A stretch of 57,172 nt of DNA, the filler included, from Sanchytrium tribonematis (taxonomy: Eukaryota), in assembly GCA_018985235.1 (NCBI GenBank). It is 4 parts of 4 records of this genome, joined end to end, with 100 filler letters (N's around TTAATTAATTAA, not from the genome) between each part and the next. Parts side by side here need not be neighbours in the genome. Positions count along the whole stretch, not along the records: positions 14,432 to 28,650 come from JADGIG010000172.1; positions 28,751 to 42,934 come from JADGIG010000173.1; 2 more parts are not named here. One strand, given 5' to 3'. Under the pieces are notes generated by a model that made no database searches, was not told the origin of the DNA, and saw only the letters and a program-made list of their open reading frames with translations. Made by a program: the position numbers and the translations under genes. Positions 23,973-34,111 of this stretch are shown piece after piece. Every line of letters begins with the position of its first letter. Within the stretch, counting starts at the first letter, position 1.

Positions 23973-24521
23973 ATGACACAGGAGTTATATAGGGTTTTGC
24001 GAAAAACGCAACTTGAATTAGAAAAAGCGAATAAAAAGCTTAACGAATTTGAGTACATGATAAATGTCAAACCAGCCACTGATAAGCAAATATTGCAAAG
24101 AGAATTAGCCCACCATATCGCTAAATACGAAGAATTATATAGAGAAACTCAAACGTCAAATAAGCCAATTGAAACCAATAATGCATACTGTCAAACTGTA
24201 TTTTGGACTCAAAATGCCGAGTCTAGCACCGAGAATATTACTGTGAGCGACAAGTTAGTCGAAACAGTTGAAAAACTAACCTCGGAGTCGCAAGTTCAAT
24301 CCCAACCAGAAATCATGAATGCCGAATGTCAAATAGAACCAATTCTTAAAGGACAAATTACACAGACCATACATTCGCAAGACTTAGAACCCCCACTTCA
24401 TTTCAATTTACCAAACATTCAAAAACCTTTAGAAATTCAATTCGACATTAAAAAATTTAGCAAAAATACCATTATTGAATATGAAATTGTTATTGGTAAT
24501 TTAGAATTAAATACAGAATAA
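23973..24521 (+). CDS. Hypothetical coiled-coil protein
   Basis: ATG-started 182 aa, heptad-like N-terminus, stop inside AATAAA. Confidence 0.55.
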   Translation: MTQELYRVLRKTQLELEKANKKLNEFEYMINVKPATDKQILQRELAHHIAKYEELYRETQTSNKPIETNNAYCQTVFWTQNAESSTENITVSDKLVETVEKLTSESQVQSQPEIMNAECQIEPILKGQITQTIHSQDLEPPLHFNLPNIQKPLEIQFDIKKFSKNTIIEYEIVIGNLELNTE

Positions 24522-24526
24522 ATTTA

Positions 24527-25876
24527 CTATAATTTCTGACAAATATCTAAAAGTTGTTCATCGAGTTGAGTTTCTATGCAATCCTTAGACTGGAATTTAT
24601 AGAACTCGCTTATTCGATCGCTCACAATGTAAAATTTTCTTAAGTTTAAGGAAGGTATTTCATAACCTTCTCCGACAACACTGATATGATCGCTTAAATA
24701 GCTGTCCACCTCTTTCATAAATACAATATCACTAATATACAGGCCAACAAATGGAATTGCGTGCTTTTCGACCATTATCTTCTCTGTGTATTCTCTTAAT
24801 TTCTTAAAATTGTTGAGTGGGCTACATAGATTCTTTAAAAATTCAAACCGATCAAGATCTTCTTTTGCGACTTTAGACCAAATACCAAGAGCATCTAAAT
24901 CAGGGGATTGCAGTCCAAGTATAATTGCCATCAAACTCATGCAATTATTATATCTATAGCAATGATCTGCAATGTGGACAAATTTCCTGACTAACTTGCT
25001 GCTTTTAGTTGCATAGACTGCAGACGACACAACTTGACAAATTCTATTGAATCTGTCTACAAACAGACCTAGATTACTCTCATCCTTAGAACTGCTTTTT
25101 TTATATGGCTGGATTGCCACAGGTGAATATAGTAAGTCAGCAAAGGGAATTTTGGTAAAATTATTATAATCGGTAATATACAAATGATCCGCAATGCTTT
25201 CACTGGAATAATTTAAAAGCCATTCGATATCTTGAAGATCCGAATTGTTGATCGAAGGCATAACGCTTAATCTTTTAAAATAAAAGGACAGTCTAGAGGA
25301 AAAAGAACCACGTTTGTCACTTTTATCATCTTCCTCTTCATCATCTTCGCTGCCTTCTTCAACCTCGTGCATGCCTTTAAAAGCTTTTTCTAGTACAGAA
25401 GTAGAAGATTTTGAATTATCATAAAGCCAGTCTTGAAATTTCAGCGAGGTATCAGATTTTTTATACTGTTGAAATACTGCACCCAGCAACATTTTTTGAT
25501 ACTTAAAAACCCGGATTAACTTTGAACCCATTTCAGGTTTGTATTCTTTCAGCGAATTCAAAGAAACCGCCATCAAACTTCGGACAGGCCGGTTAAAGTC
25601 ACAATGAAAGCAATTAATCATCCACAGCTCCACGAACTCTAGCCACAAATCTTCGAGAAGTGAATTTCCAGCAATATGCCTAAAATAAATCAAGATTAGT
25701 TGAGTAAATTGCTCTGATGAAAGATACATGCGATAAACTAAAATTAATTTAAGTTTATCCTCACGTTTCCCCTGAATTCCACGATGAATACAATCTAAAA
25801 TAGTACCGGTACTGTTTTCAAATATGGTGGGATCCGACCAAAAGTCTGAGTCTTTATCTGGCACAAAAGCAATCAT
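24527..25876 (-). CDS. RasGEF (REM plus CDC25 domain); true start uncertain
   Basis: LVYRMYLS, IADHL, FVDRFNRI, KFVHIADHCYRYNNCMSLMAIILGLQS, SPLNNFKKLR, IPFVGLYISDIVF. Confidence 0.9.
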   Translation of the reverse strand: MIAFVPDKDSDFWSDPTIFENSTGTILDCIHRGIQGKREDKLKLILVYRMYLSSEQFTQLILIYFRHIAGNSLLEDLWLEFVELWMINCFHCDFNRPVRSLMAVSLNSLKEYKPEMGSKLIRVFKYQKMLLGAVFQQYKKSDTSLKFQDWLYDNSKSSTSVLEKAFKGMHEVEEGSEDDEEEDDKSDKRGSFSSRLSFYFKRLSVMPSINNSDLQDIEWLLNYSSESIADHLYITDYNNFTKIPFADLLYSPVAIQPYKKSSSKDESNLGLFVDRFNRICQVVSSAVYATKSSKLVRKFVHIADHCYRYNNCMSLMAIILGLQSPDLDALGIWSKVAKEDLDRFEFLKNLCSPLNNFKKLREYTEKIMVEKHAIPFVGLYISDIVFMKEVDSYLSDHISVVGEGYEIPSLNLRKFYIVSDRISEFYKFQSKDCIETQLDEQLLDICQKL

Positions 25877-26158
25877 AAAAATCTCTGACAAAAAGGGTGA
25901 AGCGTCAACTTGATACCAGAATCTCAGTCAGTTGATATGCACGATTTACGTGCCAGTTGATACAGAGTTGAAAGAGTGCTGAAATCTTTTCTCATTAATG
26001 CAATTTGCCTCTGCGGAGATCAGAAGGCCAGATTCAGAATCTCGTTTCAAGGCCAAGGACAGAATCACTACTGTACAAAAAATTTATCCCAATTTAGGCT
26101 ACACCACGCTAGTGTATGTCATTGATATAAATTTGTTGATTCCCTTGCAAGAAATCCA

Positions 26159-26479
26159 ATGGATTTGCAGCGTCTAAAATATTACTTTACATCCAGTAGC
26201 CAAGGTCGCGTCAAAAGAGCCCTGTTAATAATCAACAAATCTACGGAAGTCTTATTCTTGCTGATTAAGTTGATACTTTTAGCACCTCCAATTCCCAGAC
26301 TGCAAACTAGTAACGAAATAGAAAAGTATAAGCGACTCATGAAATGGAATTTGTATTTTCCTATGAATTATTATTGCGATCCTAGCCCCATTCTTCCAAC
26401 ACCCGAGGCATCTGATTTAAAAACGATTACAGACGATGTATTCGAGATTCTAAGTCCATCCAAAGGGACGGGAGGTTAA
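26159..26479 (+). CDS. Possible hypothetical protein
   Basis: ATG-started 106-aa ORF with downstream AATAAA; no recognised motif. Confidence 0.3.
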   Translation: MDLQRLKYYFTSSSQGRVKRALLIINKSTEVLFLLIKLILLAPPIPRLQTSNEIEKYKRLMKWNLYFPMNYYCDPSPILPTPEASDLKTITDDVFEILSPSKGTGG

Positions 26480-26582
26480 ATCGATCGACGTGTATTGAAA
26501 TCAATAAATTTCTTTCTGTTGTAATCCAGACTCAACAAAATTAGTCGAAAATCAAGAATTGTAGATGTCAATAAATATTTAC

Positions 26583-26927
26583 TCAATAAACACGTTTAGT
26601 AGGTACTGCAATCTTTTGATAAGTGGGATATGTATTCTTCCATCCATGTTTCTCTCCCTCATAATGTTTAATCTTATATTTCACATCTACCTTTTTAGGT
26701 ATTTTGAATTTGCCACTAGCTGGTGCGGTAGTGGTATGATTTTTGCCATATGTACCATTCACACCATATCCTGGTCGTGGCAATACTACAGGCTTAACAG
26801 GTGTAGGATATGCTGTTGGTTTTGCAATCACAGGTAATTTTACAGGTAATTTCACAGGTACTGTTTTGGTAGGAGTTTTTGATTGATAAGCAGATGGAAT
26901 AGAACATACAATGGAAATCCAATACAT
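26583..26927 (-). CDS. Small secreted Pro/Lys/Thr/Val-rich protein
   Basis: MYWISIVCS leader, 12-nt PVKL repeats. Confidence 0.55.
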   Translation of the reverse strand: MYWISIVCSIPSAYQSKTPTKTVPVKLPVKLPVIAKPTAYPTPVKPVVLPRPGYGVNGTYGKNHTTTAPASGKFKIPKKVDVKYKIKHYEGEKHGWKNTYPTYQKIAVPTKRVY

Positions 26928-27128
26928 AGTCAATTGAGATGTGATGCCATTAAATAGTAGAAATGCAAGACAAAGGAATTTTGATTTGACTTTTTGTTTT
27001 GTTTAAATAGAGCAACACTCCAATCAATCTAGATGGACAAGCATGGCAATCACAGAGCAATCATCGTTGTAATGAATTCAAGTGGAGATGAACAATAAAC
27101 GTGTCATCACAAGGCGTTTAAAAGAGAT

Positions 27129-28058
27129 TTACAATTTACTTTGAATGGGGATTCCTGTGATCCATGGATGATTTAATGCCATTTCTGCTGTTAATCTATT
27201 TTTTGGATTGACTCTAGTTAATTGCCGAACAAAATCAATCATTTGTGGATCCAAAATTAAATTTTCAAAATAAAAATCGAAATATATTTCTTTGTAAAAT
27301 ACATATTCACTATTTAATAATGACCCTGTAAATAATTTAGAATAATGCAACATATGTAAACCCAAACAAGCACCCAATTGAAACATATCTGCCATTTGTG
27401 GATTGTAATGTAATTTGTATCGCATTTCTGGTGGAAAATAGTCCAGTGTCCCTGCTATTGTAATCCTACCATCAACTAGTGTATCATTAGTCATGTTTTC
27501 TAAATCAGCAATCACACATCTCCATTCTTTACCTGTGCGACGAACTAGAATATTTTCAAATTTCAAATCTAAATGTGCTCTACCACTCAAATGGATTGCA
27601 AATAGCCCTTTTAGAATTTGACGCATTGCATTTCTCATAGTTCCTTCATACAACGCGATCCAAAGACCATCATTTGGCCGATAATATGCTTTGTACATTC
27701 TTTCCACAAATTCAAGCAAATCAAAAGGATAGTAATCCATTCGAATTTGGTGGCAATCTAAAATATACCCTTTTCCATTTAGCATGTATGGCAGGGGGTA
27801 CATAACTGGATAATCTCCACGAATAATATTAGGATGTTTGAATAAGTCCATCAATTTTAATTCTTTTTTGACATCCGCATTATATTTCAAATTATCTTTA
27901 GGCACACAAATGACTTTATAAGCATTCTTTTCCTGTAAATCACGGTAAACATTAATGACTTTAAATCCATCTTTAAATCGTTTAATTTGATGACCTTGTT
28001 CTATTGGAATTAATTGATTGAAATGTACAATTGCAAATAGAAATACAATCAACAACAT
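27129..28058 (-). CDS. Protein kinase with N-terminal hydrophobic leader
   Basis: MLLIVFLFA; AYK, HPNII, HLDLKFENIL, IADLE, GTLDYFPPE, DMFQLG, RLTAEMALNHPW. Confidence 0.88.
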   Translation of the reverse strand: MLLIVFLFAIVHFNQLIPIEQGHQIKRFKDGFKVINVYRDLQEKNAYKVICVPKDNLKYNADVKKELKLMDLFKHPNIIRGDYPVMYPLPYMLNGKGYILDCHQIRMDYYPFDLLEFVERMYKAYYRPNDGLWIALYEGTMRNAMRQILKGLFAIHLSGRAHLDLKFENILVRRTGKEWRCVIADLENMTNDTLVDGRITIAGTLDYFPPEMRYKLHYNPQMADMFQLGACLGLHMLHYSKLFTGSLLNSEYVFYKEIYFDFYFENLILDPQMIDFVRQLTRVNPKNRLTAEMALNHPWITGIPIQSKL

Positions 28059-28175
28059 GCAAATGTGGAGTCAAAAGGGCGTCGATTTGTTTTGATTGAA
28101 GATGGGGTGATTGGGGGTATCTCGTGATGGTCATGTGTGACACAGGAAACTATTTTGTACAATTTCATTTATTGA

Positions 28176-28571
28176 CTATTTCAAACCTCCTCCCAAATTG
28201 TCCACTGTCTCTGTTAATATTCTCCCTCCTCTCACAAATGGTGGCGTATCATCAGATGCATTGGATCCATCATCAGATCCATATCCACCAATCAATCCTT
28301 CCACTGTTTCTGTAATCACCCCATTGTGAAATACAGGTTTCTTGCTAATGGGTGTAATTGGATTTGGAGGTACGACACCTGGATCAATCGGTTCCATTGG
28401 AATAGTCACAGGTGAATCCCTAAATTTCTTGGTACGCAAATGTTCCACCCATTGCTTCAATGCAGCATTGTTTGTCAAATCCAATCCCTTGGTTGGATCC
28501 AATTTGAAATTGCTTGTCGTGGATGGTGACAATTCAACAGGTAATGAAAGTACAGTACTCATCCAAATCAT
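28176..28571 (-). CDS. Small secreted hypothetical protein
   Basis: MIWMSTVLS-LP leader; internal repeat GVITETVEGL / GRILTETVDNL. Confidence 0.55.
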   Translation of the reverse strand: MIWMSTVLSLPVELSPSTTSNFKLDPTKGLDLTNNAALKQWVEHLRTKKFRDSPVTIPMEPIDPGVVPPNPITPISKKPVFHNGVITETVEGLIGGYGSDDGSNASDDTPPFVRGGRILTETVDNLGGGLK

Positions 28572-28650
28572 GATTATCAAATGGGATCCATCTCAATTTA
28601 TACCCATCCGTGCACGGTGTCATTTCTTGCCATTAATTCTTGATCCAATT

Positions 28651-28750
28651 NNNNNNNNNNNNNNNNNNNNNNNNNNNNNNNNNNNNNNNNNNNNTTAATT
28701 AATTAANNNNNNNNNNNNNNNNNNNNNNNNNNNNNNNNNNNNNNNNNNNN
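28651..28750. other. Artificial contig linker
   Basis: 44 N + TTAATTAATTAA + 44 N. Confidence 0.97.
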
Positions 28751-29467
28751 CATAATCCCACAAATCATTTAAATTCATTATTATTCAGTGGATTCTCATT
28801 ACTATCCTTTTTATCAGCAGCTACACCAATATTAGCCCCATTTGTATTTGCATTCTCTGCAATATCCTATTATTACAAGGATTCCATTAATTTAACCAAT
28901 AATAAATTATATGACAAATATTATAATGATTTTAAAACCAATTTGGAGTTTAGAGCCAGTATTATCAGTAATGCCATTGAATTATCTGAACCAGATGCAT
29001 TAGAATTAGTCAATGATAATCCAATATTCATTAAAAATAATCAAATTATATTCAAACACAAATCTGCCAATATGAAATACACGACAAATGAATTAATCAT
29101 CATTGCACATAGTCATGGTGGTATTGTAGCAGAACAATATCTTAAACGAATCAAGAAATTGATGTATTTGGCCAATTTAGATTGGAAAGATTTGAAATTA
29201 CAAATTCATACATTTGGGACTCCAAAATCAATTTACAAGATTGAAAATAGAGTCACACAACACATGTGTAGAAATGATCCATTATTTGTTGGATTTCAAC
29301 AATCTTATGACGCATTATCCAAATTTGAAAGAAATGAGATTATTTATCATGATCGAGAATGTCTTGCAAATAAATCAACGACATCAAGTGAGAATCATGA
29401 AAGAATTATTGATGATGGATTGCCATTTGAATATCATGATTTTACGCATTACATGGACAAATGGTAA
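28751..29467 (+). CDS. Alpha/beta-hydrolase-like protein, 5'-truncated
   Basis: Frame open from contig start; IIIAHSHGG nucleophile elbow, IHTFGTP, NDPL, late His (YHDF). Confidence 0.65.
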   Translation, partial: HNPTNHLNSLLFSGFSLLSFLSAATPILAPFVFAFSAISYYYKDSINLTNNKLYDKYYNDFKTNLEFRASIISNAIELSEPDALELVNDNPIFIKNNQIIFKHKSANMKYTTNELIIIAHSHGGIVAEQYLKRIKKLMYLANLDWKDLKLQIHTFGTPKSIYKIENRVTQHMCRNDPLFVGFQQSYDALSKFERNEIIYHDRECLANKSTTSSENHERIIDDGLPFEYHDFTHYMDKW

Positions 29468-29669
29468 ATTTTTGAAAAACAAATCACGGTGTTTGTGTTT
29501 TTCACTTGGGATTTACCCAACAGACATTCACAGATCTGTGCATTCAATGACAGTACGAGATAGCCAAATATCAGATATTCTCAGGTCTATTAATAAATCA
29601 CATCCAATCACAGGATCTTGTGAAATTGGATTTCTCCATAAATAGAGACACATCTTTCTTGATCATCCA

Positions 29670-30086
29670 ATGTTTTACGCTCTAATTCTTGCTTCCGATT
29701 ATGCACCCCAACATTATTCTACTGGGTCACCTTCTCCGGTAGTCAACAATTATAAACCAAACGTAGAAGCACAAGAATATCACCACGACGACAAACCAAA
29801 GCAACCAGAATACAAGGAAGATCAACCAAAGTACCAACCAGATCAACCAAAGTACCAACCTCCAAAGTACCAACCAGATCATCCAAAATACGAGCCAGCT
29901 CCAAAACAAGATTATTCTACATCTTCCACCAAAGAATACAATGCTGCACCTACTTATGTAGAACCAAGTTCAACATATTCCCCAGCAGCACAAGCAACAG
30001 ATTCAGGTGATACTGGATATAATTCATACAGCAGTGCCTCTGGATTAACCAATATTTTGGTACTCGGATTTATTTCAATGCAATAA
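29670..30086 (+). CDS. Small secreted repetitive protein, probably GPI-anchored
   Basis: MFYALILA leader, YQPDQPK repeats, tail SSASGLTNILVLGFISMQ. Confidence 0.7.
   Translation: MFYALILASDYAPQHYSTGSPSPVVNNYKPNVEAQEYHHDDKPKQPEYKEDQPKYQPDQPKYQPPKYQPDHPKYEPAPKQDYSTSSTKEYNAAPTYVEPSSTYSPAAQATDSGDTGYNSYSSASGLTNILVLGFISMQ
29793..29900 (+). repeat. 21-nt coding tandem repeat (DQPKYQP)
   Basis: GATCAACCAAAGTACCAACC at 29820 and 29841 plus degenerate copies. Confidence 0.85.
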
Positions 30087-30108
30087 AAAATCAAATTATT
30101 TCATTTAT

Positions 30109-31374
30109 TTACTGTTGATGGTCTATAGCTTCTTCAATATCCCGTCTAGATGTCCCACATTTAAATTTTAATGCCAATATGCCTGTAAATAGTGAAATAC
30201 CAGCACACATCCACACACCAGCCACCAATTCATGATTTAATTGTAATTGGTCCATAATACTCAATATAATAATCCCAAATACTTGTCCCAACAACCACAA
30301 TATATTGTTACTCGTTCCTTCTGGTATATTTGGATAATCCGCTTCCACGCCCAATTCCAAAGCCAATGGCAATAAACTAAATGTGAAACCACCCAATAAA
30401 CAATTAATAATTAAAATTAGAATAAACAAATTGGGATGTAATGATAATGCCAGTGCCACATAGCAAATGGTTAATCCATTTACAAATAATTTGAGAATTC
30501 TGACTTGATGGCCATATTTATCTAAAATGGGAGATGTCATACCAGCCATGAGTAATCCAAATACTATAAAACCAGCACTGCAATAACCTGCTTCATCTGG
30601 TGTATATCCAAATGGATCCAATATTTGTTGTAAATCCGTGGTTAATGCATTAAATAAACCCACTTGTAATCCGAAACAAATGGCCAATATGCAATAAGAT
30701 GGATTATGGAGTGCAGATTGAAGTGCTTGTAGTAGTGGAATATGGGATATAGCAGTGGTTAAACCAGGACTGGATTTAGGTTGATTTTTAATAAATAACA
30801 TGAAAAATAGTGAAATAGTAGATAAAATAGCCAATATGAGTAATGGGATGGGTAAATCACTTGGAAGTATGACTAGAGAAGGTACCAATACCATTGCGAA
30901 TGCGATTCCAATTGGATTACTCAAACTCATAATGGCATTTGCAACTGTGCGTTGTTTTAATTCAAACCATGTAGATGCCAATTTAGTGGTTGTATTTAAT
31001 GCAAATGGTTGTGCCATGGCTGCAATAATCTGACCCACCATGACTAGAGTGAAATTGGTGCCTGCTAATACACGAATCCATGCGCCAATACAATTTAAAA
31101 TAGCCCCTATTAACAAGGAATATCTCAAATGATGATTGATGAAATGGGTAGATATGAATCCCAATGGAATAAACACAAGCATGAATATTAAAGATAACCA
31201 ATTAATGGCAGTTAATGAGACTGAATAATAATTGGAGGAAATAGTCGCAATACTCGCAAATGAGATCCATAAAGTGGCATTTGAGAATGTGAATAATGAG
31301 AATATAAATAATTGGAACCATCTTTCTGGATATACCCTAAATTGAGTAGAATGGGTTAAATGTACTTGAGACAT
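30109..31374 (-). CDS. MFS transporter, FLVCR/MFSD7 (SLC49)-like
   Basis: FRVYPERW, INWLSL, GQIIAAMAQPF, KLASTWF, ALELGVE.YP..EG; about 12 TM. Confidence 0.88.
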   Translation of the reverse strand: MSQVHLTHSTQFRVYPERWFQLFIFSLFTFSNATLWISFASIATISSNYYSVSLTAINWLSLIFMLVFIPLGFISTHFINHHLRYSLLIGAILNCIGAWIRVLAGTNFTLVMVGQIIAAMAQPFALNTTTKLASTWFELKQRTVANAIMSLSNPIGIAFAMVLVPSLVILPSDLPIPLLILAILSTISLFFMLFIKNQPKSSPGLTTAISHIPLLQALQSALHNPSYCILAICFGLQVGLFNALTTDLQQILDPFGYTPDEAGYCSAGFIVFGLLMAGMTSPILDKYGHQVRILKLFVNGLTICYVALALSLHPNLFILILIINCLLGGFTFSLLPLALELGVEADYPNIPEGTSNNILWLLGQVFGIIILSIMDQLQLNHELVAGVWMCAGISLFTGILALKFKCGTSRRDIEEAIDHQQ

Positions 31375-31394
31375 GGTTTGAAAAAAGATTTTTA

Positions 31395-32636
31395 CTAAAA
31401 TGGCAAATGTTCTGATGGGTGTGTCATTGCCCCAATACTCCAAATCAAAGTCATTAGTGAAAAGAATCCTATAATGGCTCCTGGAATGATGGCAGCTAAC
31501 CATGGCTTCTTGGTGCTTGCAATATGGCGTGCTGTTGCATCCAGTTCATTGCATTTTGATGGCGCATCGGCACCCGTGTAATCTCCTTTATTCTTCACAA
31601 CACACAATTTTGCCAATATCTCTTGCTTTAATGCATCTCTCAATACTTCTCCATCCACATCATCCACATATTGAATGGTACGAATCCCTGTAAATGTCTC
31701 ATCCCAATAGCAAGAAGGTGACGAAATAGGTGTACACCCATATTTGCTATAAATACAAGTCGTAATATAGCAATGCGGGACTGATTTCTCATATTGATAT
31801 TCCTCTTTTGTAGGCAAATTGACAGTGTCATCACACTCAAAATAGTAATTACAATGCTGTAATCTGATTTGAGTGGCTACCTTGGCTTGATGTTCAATAC
31901 TCTTCCATTTAATTGAGCCTACTGTAATCAATCCCAAACTACCCACTAAAACAAAGAAACTGACGAATAAAGTGATTAATAAAGCAGGATCATCCATCCA
32001 TTTACGGAAATGTGTAAACATGGCTTTATGACCACTAAAATGTAATCTATGTGCACCCTTGACATGTTGCGGGACATTAAGCAAGGTTGTAGTCTGTCTA
32101 GGAAGACCTTGAATACCACGCCCTACACTTTTAGAAATCTGGGCTTTTCGAATTGATTTGAATAGTTCTCTTCTTCTGCGTAATCCATCTGGATGACCGG
32201 TAGGAACTTCATCAGGATTAGTACCAGATTCCTCATCTGCTTCTTCTGCTTCATCTTCACTATTCTCTCTTTTTTTCAAATGTGCACCAGTTGATTCACC
32301 ACCTAGATGCTTTGGCATCAAACTTGGATTTCGAAGCATCGCCAATAAATTTACCAATAATGGAGTATTGACTGATTTCATTTCTTGAGATTGCTTTTCC
32401 GCAGTTGAACCCAATTTACGATCATTCACATCAAATAAATATTGAATCGCATTTTTAATTTGCTGAAGATCCACGCCCTGTTGAGCCAATTGACACGAAT
32501 CAACATTTCCATTGGCACATTCACGAATTGATGGATAAAGACCTTGTACATTTATCATCACTTTACATATCAAAGATATTTGTTGGTCATTTAAATGGAG
32601 TAGATTGGCAAATAATGACAACAAAATGAACAACAT
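31395..32636 (-). CDS. Hypothetical signal-peptide protein with two TM helices flanking a Cys-rich loop
   Basis: MLFILLSLFA leader, KKR and RRRR basic sites, two hydrophobic helices. Confidence 0.6.
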   Translation of the reverse strand: MLFILLSLFANLLHLNDQQISLICKVMINVQGLYPSIRECANGNVDSCQLAQQGVDLQQIKNAIQYLFDVNDRKLGSTAEKQSQEMKSVNTPLLVNLLAMLRNPSLMPKHLGGESTGAHLKKRENSEDEAEEADEESGTNPDEVPTGHPDGLRRRRELFKSIRKAQISKSVGRGIQGLPRQTTTLLNVPQHVKGAHRLHFSGHKAMFTHFRKWMDDPALLITLFVSFFVLVGSLGLITVGSIKWKSIEHQAKVATQIRLQHCNYYFECDDTVNLPTKEEYQYEKSVPHCYITTCIYSKYGCTPISSPSCYWDETFTGIRTIQYVDDVDGEVLRDALKQEILAKLCVVKNKGDYTGADAPSKCNELDATARHIASTKKPWLAAIIPGAIIGFFSLMTLIWSIGAMTHPSEHLPF

Positions 32637-32945
32637 CCAAATTATTCTGATGTTGCCATTTTATTGCCATTTTTGATCATTTGATGTGGCTTCATTGGTA
32701 TTGAATGTAGTATTGCGAGATATGGTGTAATCAAATGACGAATATGGTGTGATTTATGTCGAGATTGTTTCAATGACAATCTTTTGCAAATCGCATTTAA
32801 ATGCAAACTTCCTGTTAGCAGACAGTAAATATCTTATTTGTCTAGCTCAAGGAATCTATTATTCAATGATTGGGTGTATTGTGACACTATTGGCTCATAA
32901 TCCTTTGAGGATCTATATAAGAGGATCGTAGATCATTAAAATAAA

Positions 32946-33662
32946 ATGCTATGGTTTACATCATTATTTGCATTTATGGGTTTGGGACAACCAAGACCAA
33001 GTTCAAGTGAGGAGCTAATCAGAGGGCTTTTAGAGTCTCCTTTTATCACTACTTTTATGCAGCAAGAAGAATTTACTAATTTACTTGCGAACCCAGATAC
33101 AATTAGTGCCACAAAAGAAGCTATGAAAAATAGCAAGCCTTCAATTTCCAACGCGCTTTGGGAGGCAACCAAGACAAAAGTGAGATCTCTTACTACTGAA
33201 TTTGATGCCAAACCAACTCGTGAACAGTTAAAACATGTCGCTCTCGTGATATACGGTGCTTTTAAAGTCTTACTGACAACAGCTGTAGTAGCTGCCACTG
33301 TTGCGACTATTGGAGGATTGGTATTTGGTACTACTGTTGTGGTTGGAATCGCCGTATTAGCTCATTATTTGGTTGTTAAACCTGTTTGGTCAGGGTTTCG
33401 ATATTTTTGCAAAAAAATTGGAATTGATAATGGATATTCAAGATTACGTAAACAAGCGAAAGAATTCCGAGAAAAAAGAAAGAGTACTGGTAGTACTGAA
33501 AGTGAAAGGTCGCCACCAAATTTAAGAGAAACCAATTCAGCTGTAACAAATACCAACCTTGGTTCAACTCAGCCAGGTGAAGGATCAAGTAGACAAATCC
33601 CTGGTACCACCGATCGTGTACCATCTACTGAAGGACGCCGTTCTATATTCTTGAGAAAATAA
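32946..33662 (+). CDS. Hypothetical membrane protein
   Basis: 238 aa, long central hydrophobic stretch, stop inside AATAAA. Confidence 0.55.
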   Translation: MLWFTSLFAFMGLGQPRPSSSEELIRGLLESPFITTFMQQEEFTNLLANPDTISATKEAMKNSKPSISNALWEATKTKVRSLTTEFDAKPTREQLKHVALVIYGAFKVLLTTAVVAATVATIGGLVFGTTVVVGIAVLAHYLVVKPVWSGFRYFCKKIGIDNGYSRLRKQAKEFREKRKSTGSTESERSPPNLRETNSAVTNTNLGSTQPGEGSSRQIPGTTDRVPSTEGRRSIFLRK

Positions 33663-33738
33663 ATTACTTAATTGAATGTTTTGAATTAGTTCGAATTTGT
33701 CAATATTTTAATTCGGGCTTGACAATTTGAAACTGAAA

Positions 33739-34035
33739 ATGAATTCTGAGCCCGCTTTATTTTGTGTGAAATTGAGTCACGTATTAGTGACATATTATGC
33801 TTTATTAATGATTCACGCGTTGTTTGTTTTCACAATGATGTATATCTATGGATTAAATGAAATTGGATTATTTGTAATTCAATTGATTTTTGGGATAGGG
33901 GAGATTACAACTGGGATATTGGGTATATACGATGTATTTATAAAAGATTTAAAACTATTTAAATACATTTATGGGGTATTCACAGTGACGGAATGCTTAT
34001 TAGTTGCACAAATTTATTTTTACTCGATTGGATAA
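33739..34035 (+). CDS. Small hypothetical 3-TM protein
   Basis: ATG preceded by TGAAAC; three hydrophobic segments. Confidence 0.5.
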   Translation: MNSEPALFCVKLSHVLVTYYALLMIHALFVFTMMYIYGLNEIGLFVIQLIFGIGEITTGILGIYDVFIKDLKLFKYIYGVFTVTECLLVAQIYFYSIG

Positions 34036-34111
34036 TAAGAATAAATTTATTTAGCAGGAATGTTGTTGAATCAAAGTGCGTTGCACATTCAGGTACATCC
34101 CAACAAGATAA

